DNA of 64,000 nucleotides. Origin: an uncultured Desulfospira sp. Lineage in GTDB: Bacteria; Desulfobacterota; Desulfobacteria; Desulfobacterales; Desulfobacteraceae. Location of the stretch: NCBI GenBank assembly GCA_963663165.1, contig OY760175.1, positions 2,240,001 to 2,304,000 on the forward strand, written 5' to 3'. The translations under genes and the position numbers were made by a program. Each line of letters opens with the position of its first letter. The first letter of the stretch is position 1. Positions 17,139 through 27,600 of the stretch are shown in pieces. The notes below the pieces were generated by a model, which made no database searches, was not told the origin of the DNA, and saw nothing but the letters and a program-made list of their open reading frames with translations.

Positions 17139-18008
17139 TCAGGCAACCTGCCAGAGCATGATGCCCTGGCAGACCGTATGGTCCTGGTGAAACAAACCGT
17201 CAACCGAATGCTGTGTTACATAGGCCGTCACCTTTTCCCGGATTTGGGGGGTCGCCTCTTCATCTCCCCCCACAAAAAAAAGGATGTTGTCAACCGCCTC
17301 TTCAACAGGTTCTTTGCGGGTGATGGCCCAGGTTTCAAAACGAATCCGGGGGCGGTAGCCCAAAGCGTATACATAGCAAAAGGGGTAAATGAAATCCCAT
17401 GACTGGGATTCCAGTTCCCGGCCGGTGATTTTTTGCCACAGGGCATTGTAACTGCCCCGCATGCCGCCGCCGGAAAAGGTACTCAGGTAGCAAAATTTCC
17501 GGCTGGCTTTCATGGCCTTATCCAGGGTTTTCGGGTCATTGACCCCGGGGCTCATGGAGGCAAACACCAGGTCAAACTGGCCGGCAAGGCCCTCTTTTTG
17601 TACATCCACCTCCTGCCAGGCCCTGGGATCAATGCAAATCCGGTCGGGGCCGATCCCTTTTTGAGCCATCTTTTCCTTAAGGATATTGACCATTCCCCCG
17701 GAGGGTTCCACCGCCGTTACCGTGGCCCCGGCCTCTTCCGCCATGGGAATGGCCCAGGAGCCGGGACCGGCCCCGATATCCAGGACCCGGGTGCCGGCCC
17801 CAAGGGCCCCGGCCTCTTTGAGCATGGAAAAAATACGCTCTTTTCGCTGTACCGATTCGGGTGAATCCACTCGTTTGGCAAACCCTTTGGCGCGCCGGTC
17901 CCAGTTTTTAATAGGATCCCGGCCCGGTCTTTTTTCCGGGGCTTTTTCAAGGGCGCTGTGCCACAAATCTTTCCAGAACTCCTGGTTTTTTAGCGCAAAT
18001 AACTCCAA
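17139..18008 (-). CDS. Class I SAM-dependent methyltransferase
   Basis: WDRRA..F, VLDIGAGPG, VTAVEPS..M, FDLVFASM; TTG start with AAGGAGG RBS. Confidence 0.9.
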   Translation of the reverse strand: MELFALKNQEFWKDLWHSALEKAPEKRPGRDPIKNWDRRAKGFAKRVDSPESVQRKERIFSMLKEAGALGAGTRVLDIGAGPGSWAIPMAEEAGATVTAVEPSGGMVNILKEKMAQKGIGPDRICIDPRAWQEVDVQKEGLAGQFDLVFASMSPGVNDPKTLDKAMKASRKFCYLSTFSGGGMRGSYNALWQKITGRELESQSWDFIYPFCYVYALGYRPRIRFETWAITRKEPVEEAVDNILFFVGGDEEATPQIREKVTAYVTQHSVDGLFHQDHTVCQGIMLWQVA

Positions 18009-18209
18009 CTTGCCTCCTTTACCAATATCAACTGTTCAGTCCACAGGGTAGCCGCATTTGAAATAGTACACTATAATATAGGGAATTAGGCTGAAGGAGT
18101 TTAGGGGTTGTGGGCCCCTTCAGCCTAATTACCTTATTTCTAAATGGCCGTTCAGGCCCATGCTGATTAAAACCGTATTATCATGCCGGGCCAAAGCCCG
18201 CAATTTTTT

Positions 18210-20414
18210 TTAAAGTGCCCATTTCACGCTCACGCCGACATTGACGCCCATGGCCGGATACCCCCATGATTCCTCATAATCGGAATCGGTCAGGTTGTCC
18301 CCGTACAGTTCAATGGTGGTGTGTTTGTCCAGCTGGTAGCGAAGGCTTGCCCCGAGCAGCCAGTATTCGTCCAGGGTACCCTTGGTGGTCTGGGCCGTGC
18401 TGATGGTGTAGTCCCGGTCCCCGATATAGTTAAGGGTAACATCCAGCACCAGGTTGTTTAAGATATCCCAGGACAAGCCTGCGGTGGCTTTGAGGTTGGG
18501 GATATAATCAATTTTTTCCAGCACACCGTCGGGGTCTGACGGGTCGTTGGTTTTTTCAGTCTCCTGATAAGTGGCGGAAATCTGCCCCCGGGTGGTCGAA
18601 GAAAAGGGGCAGCCGGCCGCTGCGGTCAGGCCGTATATGACGGCATCGGTGTTCAGGGTGGCCCAGGTGGAGCCCGAGGCCGTGTTCACATATACCGACT
18701 TTTGAATGATATAGTCTTTAATGTCATAGTAGTACGCGGCCAGCTTGATGAAACCGGAATTTTGAAACCGATATTGATAGGCCAGGTCAAACCCGACTTC
18801 CGATTCCGGCTTCAGGTCCACCCCGGAAAGGTAGGGCACCGTGAGTTTTCCCTGGGCTCCCCAGTAGGCTTCCGGCATGGTCGGGGTCCGGTAGTTCATG
18901 TAGGCGGCCAGGGTAATGGTCTGGGATTCATCAATGGCGTAGGTAACCGTGGCCTTGGGGGACAGCTGGCTGTTTTCCTGTTCTTCGGAGCCTTCGGGTT
19001 CATAGGCGTAACTGTCGTACCTGAGGCCGAAATCCAGGACCAGCCGGTCTGTCACAGCATATTTATCCCCTAAAAAGATGCCGGTGATATAGGCATCAGG
19101 ACCGTCTGACGAGTCAGCCATAGCCCCGGTCCACCCGTTAGGCCCGGCACAGTTATAGTTGGTGTCCACATAATTGACCTCCGTACCGCCGGAATCCATG
19201 ACCTTGTATTCAACCCCGGCCAGGACGGCGTGAGAATCAAAATCCCAGCCCAGTTTGAACTTGCCCCCCCAGCTGTTGTCCACGGTGATCTCCCGCTCAA
19301 ATACCAGATCGCCGTCCCGGGTCTGGGCCGCCCCGTCGTTGAAAGTGTCCATGGGCGATTTTTCGGCCAGGGTGCGGGCCGCCACATCGGCGTAATTTCG
19401 CTCAACACGGGTCTCATGGTTTTTAAACAGAACAAGATCAATATAGCCGTCTTTGCCGATATTCTGGTGATAATTCAGATCCAGCAGATGCCGCTTCTTT
19501 TCCCAGTAGGCCCCGTCTCCGATGATGTTCATGGAGGGGGTGGGGGCACCGCCGGCAAAATACTCGCCGGAGTTTACCGGATAGTCGCTGTCAATGGCCG
19601 TATCAAACCCGGGAAGGGTCGGGTCAGTGTCTGTGGCAGAGACCCCGTCGTCCCGGTTGGAGCGGATCAGGCCCCGTTCGGTGTCACTGTAGTTATAGCC
19701 TAAGGTCAGTTTTCCGTCCCCGGGCAGGTCCACGTACAGTTTGGGATAAATATGGGTAGAATCATAGTCATTGTTGCGCAGGTAGGCATCGGCCTGCTGG
19801 TGGCTGCCGCCGACGCTCACGCCAATGCCTTTCCATTTCTGGGCGTATGCGGCCCGGATGTTGTGAAAATCATGGACCCCTTCCCAGCCGCCGGTGGTGG
19901 CGTAAAAATTAAAACTCGGATCTTCGGTGGGGGCCTTGGTATAGGCGTTGATCACCCCGCCCAAGGCATTGTTGCCGTATTCGATGGAACTGCCGCCCTT
20001 GATGATCTCAAGGCGCTCGATATTGTCCAGGGGGATGGTACTGAAATCGATATAGTTTCCCCCGGCAATGCCCGTGGAACTGATGTTCCGCCCGTCAAGG
20101 TTGAGCATGATCCGCTTGCTTTCAAATCCCCGGATGGAGATCACATCCCCGCTGTCCCCCATGCTGGATTTGCGTTTAAAGGATATTTCCGTATCGTTGA
20201 ACAGATAATCGGCAATGTTGTTGCTCCGGCTTTTTTCCTGAACCCGAAGGCTTGACGTGTTCAGGTTTTCTTCCTCGGCCTCTCCGGTTACGGTCACCGG
20301 TTCAAGGTAGATCACATCGGTCATCAAATTTTCCTCTGCACCCAAACAATCCGTACTTAAGATGAAAATCAACATAACCGCTCCAATACAACGCCGCATT
20401 TCTCTCCTCCTCAT
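18210..20414 (-). CDS. TonB-dependent outer-membrane receptor
   Basis: Signal peptide, PVTVTG TonB box, ISIRGF, IERLEIIKG..S..YG..ALGGVIN, LKPE, DNLTD..Y, C-terminal beta-strand. Confidence 0.95.
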   Translation of the reverse strand: MRRREMRRCIGAVMLIFILSTDCLGAEENLMTDVIYLEPVTVTGEAEEENLNTSSLRVQEKSRSNNIADYLFNDTEISFKRKSSMGDSGDVISIRGFESKRIMLNLDGRNISSTGIAGGNYIDFSTIPLDNIERLEIIKGGSSIEYGNNALGGVINAYTKAPTEDPSFNFYATTGGWEGVHDFHNIRAAYAQKWKGIGVSVGGSHQQADAYLRNNDYDSTHIYPKLYVDLPGDGKLTLGYNYSDTERGLIRSNRDDGVSATDTDPTLPGFDTAIDSDYPVNSGEYFAGGAPTPSMNIIGDGAYWEKKRHLLDLNYHQNIGKDGYIDLVLFKNHETRVERNYADVAARTLAEKSPMDTFNDGAAQTRDGDLVFEREITVDNSWGGKFKLGWDFDSHAVLAGVEYKVMDSGGTEVNYVDTNYNCAGPNGWTGAMADSSDGPDAYITGIFLGDKYAVTDRLVLDFGLRYDSYAYEPEGSEEQENSQLSPKATVTYAIDESQTITLAAYMNYRTPTMPEAYWGAQGKLTVPYLSGVDLKPESEVGFDLAYQYRFQNSGFIKLAAYYYDIKDYIIQKSVYVNTASGSTWATLNTDAVIYGLTAAAGCPFSSTTRGQISATYQETEKTNDPSDPDGVLEKIDYIPNLKATAGLSWDILNNLVLDVTLNYIGDRDYTISTAQTTKGTLDEYWLLGASLRYQLDKHTTIELYGDNLTDSDYEESWGYPAMGVNVGVSVKWAL

Positions 20415-20442
20415 AATAAATTATAAATGAATTTGCCCCGGA

Positions 20443-21555
20443 TTAGGGCCCAAGGGTGATGGCCGTAAAGCCCCCATAAAGTTCGGCCATTTTTTTATAA
20501 AGGGGGCAGCCCAGCATAAAGGTGTAAATCTCGTCGGCTTTGCGCTCAGGGTCTATCTGCTTAAAGGCTTTGGGGTAGAGCAGCTTGCCCATGAAATAGA
20601 GATCAACGATGGCCGTTTCAATGTTCCGGTAATAGGCCACATCCGGCAGCTGGACATATACCTTCTTATTTTTTACCGATGAAAGGGCCTCATAGAATGA
20701 GGGATTTTTCGCATAATCCTGTTTCACCACCCCTAAGCCGCCGGCATCAATGACAATGATATCCGGGTCCCATTGAATCAGCTTTTCTTTATCGATCATG
20801 ACCGGACCGGCTGTGGAGAGCTCGTCTGCCACGTTTTTCGCCCCAATGGCCTCAAGGAAACCCGACCGGCAGGTCGTGCTTTCAATGCCGTGCCGCCCTT
20901 TATAACTCAAGGCGCCAAGATAGAGCTTCGGTTTCTCTTCTTCGGGAATATTGGCGGTCAGTTCAGCCAGTTCAGCCTTACAGCCTTCCATAAACCTGAC
21001 CACATCACTGGCCCGGTCCTCTTTGCCGGTGACCTTTCCAATGATCCGGATGGCCCGGTAAATGGCCTCATCAAAGCCCTGGGCACTGCCCTGGCTGACA
21101 ATAACCACCGGGACACCGGTTCTTTGCTCCAGCTGTTCCAGGCTTTTAAGGTCCATGATATCGCCGGCAATAATCACATCCGGGTTAACCTGCATAACCA
21201 GTTCCGGGTCCGGATCATCGGGATGGCCTTCCCCGATGACGGGCAGGGTTTCCAGAGACGGATTGGCCATAATATAAGGCCGGCCCGTGGCCACGCGCTG
21301 CTGTTTTCTTTCAACCCCCGCCAGCCGGTCTGTACCGGCCACATAGGTATAAAGGCGCAGGGCCGAACCAATGGCAATGACCCGGTTAATTTCCCCTTTG
21401 AGGGTGATGGGCCGGCCGGCCATATCGGCAAACGCAACCGTATCAGACATATTCATGGCCTTGTCCTGGGATGCCGCGCCCGCGAAGCCGGTGCTTCCCC
21501 AAAACATCATCAATGCCAATACCGGCAGGATGACGGCCCTTTTCAGATGGCTCAT
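20443..21555 (-). CDS. ABC substrate-binding protein (Fe-siderophore/cobalamin class)
   Basis: Signal peptide, D.AGR.I, RVIA, LP.IG, E.VM..NPDVII, E.LI.WDPD.I, VKNKKVY. Confidence 0.92.
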   Translation of the reverse strand: MSHLKRAVILPVLALMMFWGSTGFAGAASQDKAMNMSDTVAFADMAGRPITLKGEINRVIAIGSALRLYTYVAGTDRLAGVERKQQRVATGRPYIMANPSLETLPVIGEGHPDDPDPELVMQVNPDVIIAGDIMDLKSLEQLEQRTGVPVVIVSQGSAQGFDEAIYRAIRIIGKVTGKEDRASDVVRFMEGCKAELAELTANIPEEEKPKLYLGALSYKGRHGIESTTCRSGFLEAIGAKNVADELSTAGPVMIDKEKLIQWDPDIIVIDAGGLGVVKQDYAKNPSFYEALSSVKNKKVYVQLPDVAYYRNIETAIVDLYFMGKLLYPKAFKQIDPERKADEIYTFMLGCPLYKKMAELYGGFTAITLGP

Positions 21556-21570
21556 TTATAGACTCCTTTT

Positions 21571-21666
21571 TTTTATATGAAAGTCTCACTAACATCTTGA
21601 GAGGACTTTCATTATTTGTTGTGGGCGGTTCTTGGTTGGATAACCAAGGCGGCCCGTGGCCGTTAT
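21571..21666 (-). repeat. Family 1 three-hairpin dispersed repeat inside the ABC operon
   Basis: Minus strand ATAACGGCCACGGGCCGCCTTGGTTATCCAACCAAG...TGAGACTTTCATATAAAA, directly before the GGAG RBS of the binding protein. Confidence 0.9.
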
Positions 21667-21690
21667 ATGGTTCTTTCCGGGTTTACACGG

Positions 21691-22443
21691 TTACCGGGGT
21701 ATGATGACCGGCATACCGCGAAAGTGATGGACATCAACATCCAGTCCGTAAACCTCAAGGATGTTCTCCGTGGTGATGATTTCCCTGCCCCCGGCCGCAA
21801 AAATCCCCCCGTCCTTCATGAAGATAAATTTAGTGGCAAAGCGTAAGGCAAGGTTGATATCATGCATGGTGACCACAACGGATATCTGCTGCCGGCGGAT
21901 GATCCCATTGATAATCCGGGCCGTGTCCATCTGATTTTTCATGTCAAGGTTGCTGGTGGGCTCATCCATTAAAAGCACCCGGGGCTGCTGGGAAAGGGCC
22001 CTGGCAATGACCACCTTTTGAAGCTCACCGCCGGAAAGTTCATCCAGATAGCGCATGGCATAGGGGCTCAGCCCCATGGTCCTTAACACCTCATCCACAA
22101 TTTTAAGATCCCGGCTGCCGGCGTCCCATTTAAAATACGGTTTTCTGCCCAGGAGCACCGCGTTGAAAACCGTGCAGTGGGTGGCCTGCTGATGCTGGGC
22201 AATGTATCCGATTCTTTGGGCAAGCTGAATGCCCGGTATCCGGTTGGAATCCTGTCCCTCAATCAGGATGGTGCCCTTTTGGGGCTTAAGGATACGGTCC
22301 AGGCATTTGAGCAGTGTGGACTTGCCGGTGCCGTTCTTGCCCAGAATGCTGATGCAGTCGCCCTGGCCGACGGAAAAGCAGATGTCGTTTAAGACATCCC
22401 GGCCGGGATAGGAAAATGTCAGGCCCTCAACCGTGAGAATCAT
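21691..22443 (-). CDS. ABC transporter ATPase (FecE/BtuD class)
   Basis: GKNGTGKST, LSGGELQ, LLMDEPT, MHDINLA. Confidence 0.95.
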   Translation of the reverse strand: MILTVEGLTFSYPGRDVLNDICFSVGQGDCISILGKNGTGKSTLLKCLDRILKPQKGTILIEGQDSNRIPGIQLAQRIGYIAQHQQATHCTVFNAVLLGRKPYFKWDAGSRDLKIVDEVLRTMGLSPYAMRYLDELSGGELQKVVIARALSQQPRVLLMDEPTSNLDMKNQMDTARIINGIIRRQQISVVVTMHDINLALRFATKFIFMKDGGIFAAGGREIITTENILEVYGLDVDVHHFRGMPVIIPR

Positions 22444-23531
22444 CTTGATGCCCCGCCGCCTTTCATTAACAGGTACAGGAACATGGGACCGCCCAGGAAT
22501 GCCGTAACCGCCCCGACCGGGAGGGTCTGGGGGCTTAAGAGGACCCGGGCCAGGGTATCGGATACCAAAAGAATCAATATGCCGACAATGGCCGAGGCTG
22601 TAATTAGAAACCGTTTATCGTTGCCGATAATCCGTTTGGTAATCTGGGGGGCCACCAGGCCCACAAAGGCGATCATGCCCAAAAATGAGACGCAGACCGC
22701 TGCAATCAGGGCGGATGCAAACATCCCGCCCAGCCTCACCCGCTCAATGTTTACCCCCAGGCTTCTGGCATTGTCCTCTCCGCTGTCAATGGCGTTGTAT
22801 TCCCACTTGTGCCAGATAAAATAGATAAAGGAGAGCAGGACCACCGCCGTCATGATCCAGATCTCGTGCCAGGATGCCCGGCCAAGGTCCCCGAAAGTCC
22901 AGAAGACAACGGCCGCCACACTGGTGGTATCTTCGGCAAAGTATTGAATGATCATGGTGCCGGCACCAAATAGCGAGCTGATGGCCACACCGGCAAGGAT
23001 AATGCTTTCCGGTGAAAACCTGCGCAGCATGGACAGGCTCAGGATAATGCCGGTGGCTGTTAAGGCGAACCCTAAGGCCATTATCGTTACCATGTACGGG
23101 TTGGATATGGTGACCTGGCCGATACCGGTGCTTAACACGCTGCCCGCCCCCAGCAGAATAATGGCCACATTCGCCCCGAATGCGGCCGCATTTGAGATCC
23201 CAAGGGTAGACGGCGAAGCAAGAGGATTGCGAAGGGTGTTTTGCATGATGCAGCCGGATATGGCAAGCCCTGCCCCGGCAACGATTCCCGCCGCGACCCG
23301 GGGCAGGCGGATGTTCCGGATCAGCATGACGGCCTTTGCATCCCCCAAGCCCAAAAGGGCTTTTAAAATCTTTGGGATGCCGATATTCACGGCCCCTGCA
23401 TTGATGGCAACAAAAAACATCACCGCCGCCAGGGCAAGAAGCAATACCATCAGCCGCCTCTTTTTACGCAACGCGCCATGGTAAGATTCAATTGTCGATT
23501 CAAACAGTACCGGGTTTTCAGCCATGTCCAT
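22440..23531 (-). CDS. FecCD/BtuC-family permease
   Basis: IRLPR, G.GLA.SG..MQ..LRNPLASP, GE.NA.SLG, FVGL.AP, PVG. Confidence 0.95.
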   Translation of the reverse strand: MDMAENPVLFESTIESYHGALRKKRRLMVLLLALAAVMFFVAINAGAVNIGIPKILKALLGLGDAKAVMLIRNIRLPRVAAGIVAGAGLAISGCIMQNTLRNPLASPSTLGISNAAAFGANVAIILLGAGSVLSTGIGQVTISNPYMVTIMALGFALTATGIILSLSMLRRFSPESIILAGVAISSLFGAGTMIIQYFAEDTTSVAAVVFWTFGDLGRASWHEIWIMTAVVLLSFIYFIWHKWEYNAIDSGEDNARSLGVNIERVRLGGMFASALIAAVCVSFLGMIAFVGLVAPQITKRIIGNDKRFLITASAIVGILILLVSDTLARVLLSPQTLPVGAVTAFLGGPMFLYLLMKGGGASR

Positions 23532-23593
23532 TTTCCAGCGCAGCAGGTTTCCTCATTAAGCGGTCAGCATTTTTGCCCACAACAGCCATCCAT

Positions 23594-23655
23594 AAAAAAA
23601 GCCACGAAGTATGCCGGGCAATCTGAACGATTGCCCGTGGCAGCCTTCGTGGCTT
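23594..23655 (-). terminator. Intrinsic terminator in the 5' leader of the uptake operon
   Basis: Minus strand AAGCCACGAAG..(GGGCAATC..GATTGCCC)..CTTCGTGGC-TTTTTTT, ~60 nt before the permease start. Confidence 0.85.
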
Positions 23656-23659
23656 AATT

Positions 23660-23830
23660 TTTTTTAGCAGCTGTGCCCTTTCGGGCACCATAACACTTGC
23701 AGGTGGTGGCGGTTTCAGGCAGACCGCCTGAAAGCTTTGATCCCGAAAAGCCCTCAGTTGAACTGCCCGAACACCTTCAATCTTTCATCAGGAATAGCGC
23801 GAACTTTCATATCCGCATTGTGAGATATGC
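23660..23830 (-). ncRNA. Candidate cis-regulatory RNA (riboswitch/attenuator-like), class not recognised
   Basis: Several stems, including GTGCCC-GAAA-GGGCAC and alternative pairings of CTGCCTGAA; lies between a TTGACA element (~23864-23869) and the terminator. Confidence 0.5.
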
Positions 23831-23979
23831 GTATAGTAAAATGAGATTGTTGTTGTCAACACTTTTTTGTTGTCATAGACACTTTATAGGCAGAACGCAA
23901 TTGGGGAAACCGCCACTTAATGCTGCGGGATATATTCTTTCCAGGGCCGAAAGTTAAGGTAACTTATGAAATTTGCAGG

Positions 23980-24486
23980 CTAAGGTTCCAGCGAGAATAC
24001 CTTTTCCCCGAGGTTTTCAAGCAGCTGTACCAGATTTCTTTTCAGCTCCAGAACCGTCTCTTCCTCGATCCCTTTAAGAGCGTCTTTCAACACCTGGCTG
24101 CTGATCTGGCACAGGGGATTTTGTAACGCACGGCCTTCTTTGGTCAGAAAGCAACGGGCGAGCCGGCCGTCATTGGCATCGGCTTTTTTGGCCACCAGCG
24201 CCTTTTGTTCAAGGCTTCGAATGATACGGCTTGTATTGTGGCGGTCTTTGAACACCCGCCGTCCCAGATCGCTTTGGTAAATACCGTCCTCATCCCAAAG
24301 CTGGCTGAGGACCATGTACTGTTCTGTGGAAATCTCATAACCGGAAGCGATAATCGCCTGGGAGAAATGTTTCCTTAAGCTCAGGGCTGCCACATTGATC
24401 AGAAAACCGGTACTGATGTCTTCAAGCTTAACGGTTTGCAATGGGTTATGGACAGAACCGGCCGGGTATGTTTTACGGATCATCAT
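23980..24486 (-). CDS. MarR-family transcriptional regulator
   Basis: IS.EQY.VL..LW..DGI.QSDL, SRII..LE.K.LV, D.R....FLT.EG. Confidence 0.9.
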   Translation of the reverse strand: MMIRKTYPAGSVHNPLQTVKLEDISTGFLINVAALSLRKHFSQAIIASGYEISTEQYMVLSQLWDEDGIYQSDLGRRVFKDRHNTSRIIRSLEQKALVAKKADANDGRLARCFLTKEGRALQNPLCQISSQVLKDALKGIEEETVLELKRNLVQLLENLGEKVFSLEP

Positions 24487-24537
24487 TTACCTTTTGCTGT
24501 GATGTTGACAAGTTAACGCAGCGAATCGTTGGGCCAT

Positions 24538-24571
24538 CTTTCGCCCAGACACGGGTTTTCGTTCAGACGCC
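24538..24571 (+). repeat. Family 2 element end fragment
   Basis: CTTTCGCCCAGACACGGGTTTTCGTTCAGACGC matches 6748-6781. Confidence 0.7.
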
Positions 24572-24690
24572 GGATAGATATAACAACAAACATGAATTGG
24601 ACTTATCATTCATTTGTGGAATAATGCAATGGTTAATTTCACCTGAGAGATGCAAGAAAACCAGATGACAAACTTATAACTGCATAAACG

Positions 24691-27600
24691 TCATGAGATA
24701 TCCGGGGCAAGCCTGTCGATCTGCTGCTGTGCCAGATCAAAATCATAATCCTCAAGAGCGCTGTTGGCCTTATCCAATATCTGTGTATAGGGTTCCATCC
24801 CGGGCATTTTCTGCAACTCCTGGATCACCCGCAACGCCGCGATATCTGATTCATCAATCATCTGCCGCAGCTTTTGGATGGCGTCAACGGTCTGCTCCGG
24901 CAGGGATGAATCCGGCGGGGCATCGACAGGGGCTTGCGCAGAGGGCGGCACAACGGCAAAAGAGGCCAACCCGGCCATCACCCGGGAAAGCTCCTGGGCA
25001 AGGGCTTGAAACAATGAGGCAATCTGCTCTTCCGGCTGGTTTTTCCGGCAGGCCGATTCAAGGATCTTGGCCTTTTCCATTACCCCGTGAGCCCCGATAT
25101 GGGCCGCCACGGTTTTAAGGGTGTGGGCGCACCTGGTCGGCGAGTTCTCGTCGCCGTCCTTAAGGGATGCCTTGAAGTCTTTTTCAAAGTCAGTGTACCC
25201 GGCATAAAATTTTTGCAATAACTTCAGATAAAGTTCACGGTTGCCTTGAATCGTCTTCAGGCCGGCTGCGGTGTCAATTCCGGGAATATCGGGCAACTTT
25301 TCCGGCACCTTTGGGGACACCGGAGACCCCACCGGGATCACCGGCTTGATCCATTTGTCCATGGCCAGGAAAAGTTCCTGGATCCGGATAGGCTTGCCGA
25401 TGTGGTCATTCATACCAGCTTCAAGGGATTTTTCCCGGTCGCCGGCCATGACGTTGGCGGTCATGGCAATGATCGGAAGATCCTTGAAGCGCGGGTCTTC
25501 CCGAAGCCTTCGGGTGGCGGTGTAGCCATCCATTACCGGCATCTGGCAGTCCATGAGCACGCCGTCAAAGGATTCTTTATCCAGCATCTCTATGGCCACC
25601 TGGCCGTTTCCGGCAATGCGGTAGTCAATGCCGTGACTGGCCAGCAAGTCTGCCGCGACATCCTGATTGATGACGTTGTCTTCCACGATCAGTACTTTGG
25701 CTGTTTTCAGCCTGGATGTTGTCTGATCCAGCTCGTCCCGCCGCAGCATCAGGCGGCTCTCGGTGCGAATCTTTCCCTCTTTGACCAGCATGATGGCGTC
25801 AAACAGGGTCGACGGCATGATCGGCTTGCTTAAAATATCTTTGATAAGGGCCACATCCTTGGCTTTATGCAACAGATTGGTATCGCTGTAGGCCGACACC
25901 AGAATCACCTTGGGCGCATGGACACGGTCTGAATTGGCCTGCATGGCCCGCGCCATATCTATGCCGGTGGTGTGGGGAAAGGCCCAGTCCAGGATCGCCA
26001 GATCATACGGCCGGTTTTTGTCCTGGTTTTCCAGAAGCTTAAAACCGGATTCCGGAGAATCCGCCAGGTCCACTGTAAAACCGAATCCTGACAGCATTTC
26101 AGAAAAAATAGACCGTGCCGTGGCATTGTCGTCCACCACCAGGAGGTGAAAGGGATCGGCCGCCATCCTTTGGCTGTCCGGAAGGCCGGCCTGAGGCTGT
26201 TTGGTGAATTGGGCGGTAAAATAAAATATGCTGCCCGTCCCCGGATGGCTTTCCACCCAGATCCTGCCGTCCATCATCTCGGTCAGTCGTTTTGAAATGG
26301 CCAGGCCCAGCCCGGCCCCGCCGTATTTCCGGGTGATGGAGGTATCGGCCTGGCTGAAATGCAAAAACAGTTTTTCCTGCTGCTTGGGGCTCATGCCGAT
26401 GCCGGTATCCCGTATGGCAAACTGGAAGGCAATCGTATTCTCACTTTCTTCCAAAACCCGAACGGAAATAACGACCTCGCCCTCGGGCGTGAATTTCACT
26501 GCATTGTTCCCCAGGTTGAGCAGCACCTGCCCCAGCCTGAGCGGGTCGCCCACCAGGGCCGTGGGCAGGCTGCAAGGCAGGTCGAACATCAGCTCAAGGC
26601 CGGCTTCCTGGGCTTTGAGCCCCACCACATTGGCCATGTGGTCGAATACATCCTCAAGAAAAAAGTTAATATGCTCCATGTCAAGTTTGCCGGCTTCAAT
26701 TTTGGAAAAATCCAGGATATCGTTGAGCAGGCCCAACAGATAGTCAGCCGAGCGGTGTACCTTTCCGATATAGCCGCGTTGTTTTTCGGTAAGATCCCCT
26801 TGCAGGGCCAGATAAGACAAGCCGATGATGGCGTTCATGGGGGTACGGATTTCATGGGACATATTGGCCAGGAAATCGGATTTGGCCCGGGTCGCCTCTT
26901 CGGCCGCCTCCTTGGCCTGGGCCAGGTCCTTCTGGGCTTCTTTCCTTCGGGTGATGTCTTCCACAATGCCTTCAACAGAAACCAGCCCGCCGGTTGAGTC
27001 CAGAACGGCATGTTCGGAGATAAGCGCCATTCGCCGGCTGCCGTCCGCATGAATAAACGAGACCTCGACTTCGTGGGAGGACTTTTCATTTTCCAGGAAA
27101 GACCGGAAGGCCTCTACGGCCCGTTCGCTCTCGCCGGGCAGCCAGTTGATAACGTCCTGCCATTTTTTTCCCAGGGCATCCTCTTTGTTCATACCGAACA
27201 CGGAGCTTGCCCCCTCACTCATAAACAGGATCTCTCCGTCTTTGGTGTGGCTGAAGACCACAAACCGCCCGCCCAGTTCCTCAACCAGCCGCTGGTATCT
27301 GGCCTGGCTTTCCCGTATCTGGTTTTCCATTGCCTTGCGGTGGGTGATATCAATCACCCAGCCGAGAATGGCCTGGCTGCCTTCATAATTATAGTGATGG
27401 GCAAATATTAAAACATCGATAACCTTTCCGTCCCGGCCCCGGAACTGGGTTTCAAAATTTAATGCCATCCCCTCTTTGTCCAGCACTTTAACCAGCCGGT
27501 CGCGGCTTTCAGGGTCCACATAGGTGTCAAAACTCTTCCGGCCGGGTTCAAAGCCCATCTGGATCATGCTCGGGTTACTGAATTTAACCGTGCCGTCAAC

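Noticed and set aside
23660..23830. Cobalamin riboswitch or hammerhead ribozyme (CTGATGA present on the minus strand)
   Set aside because: No AGGGAA/GCCACTG/B12-box cores; CTGATGA is not followed by a stem II-GAAA arrangement.
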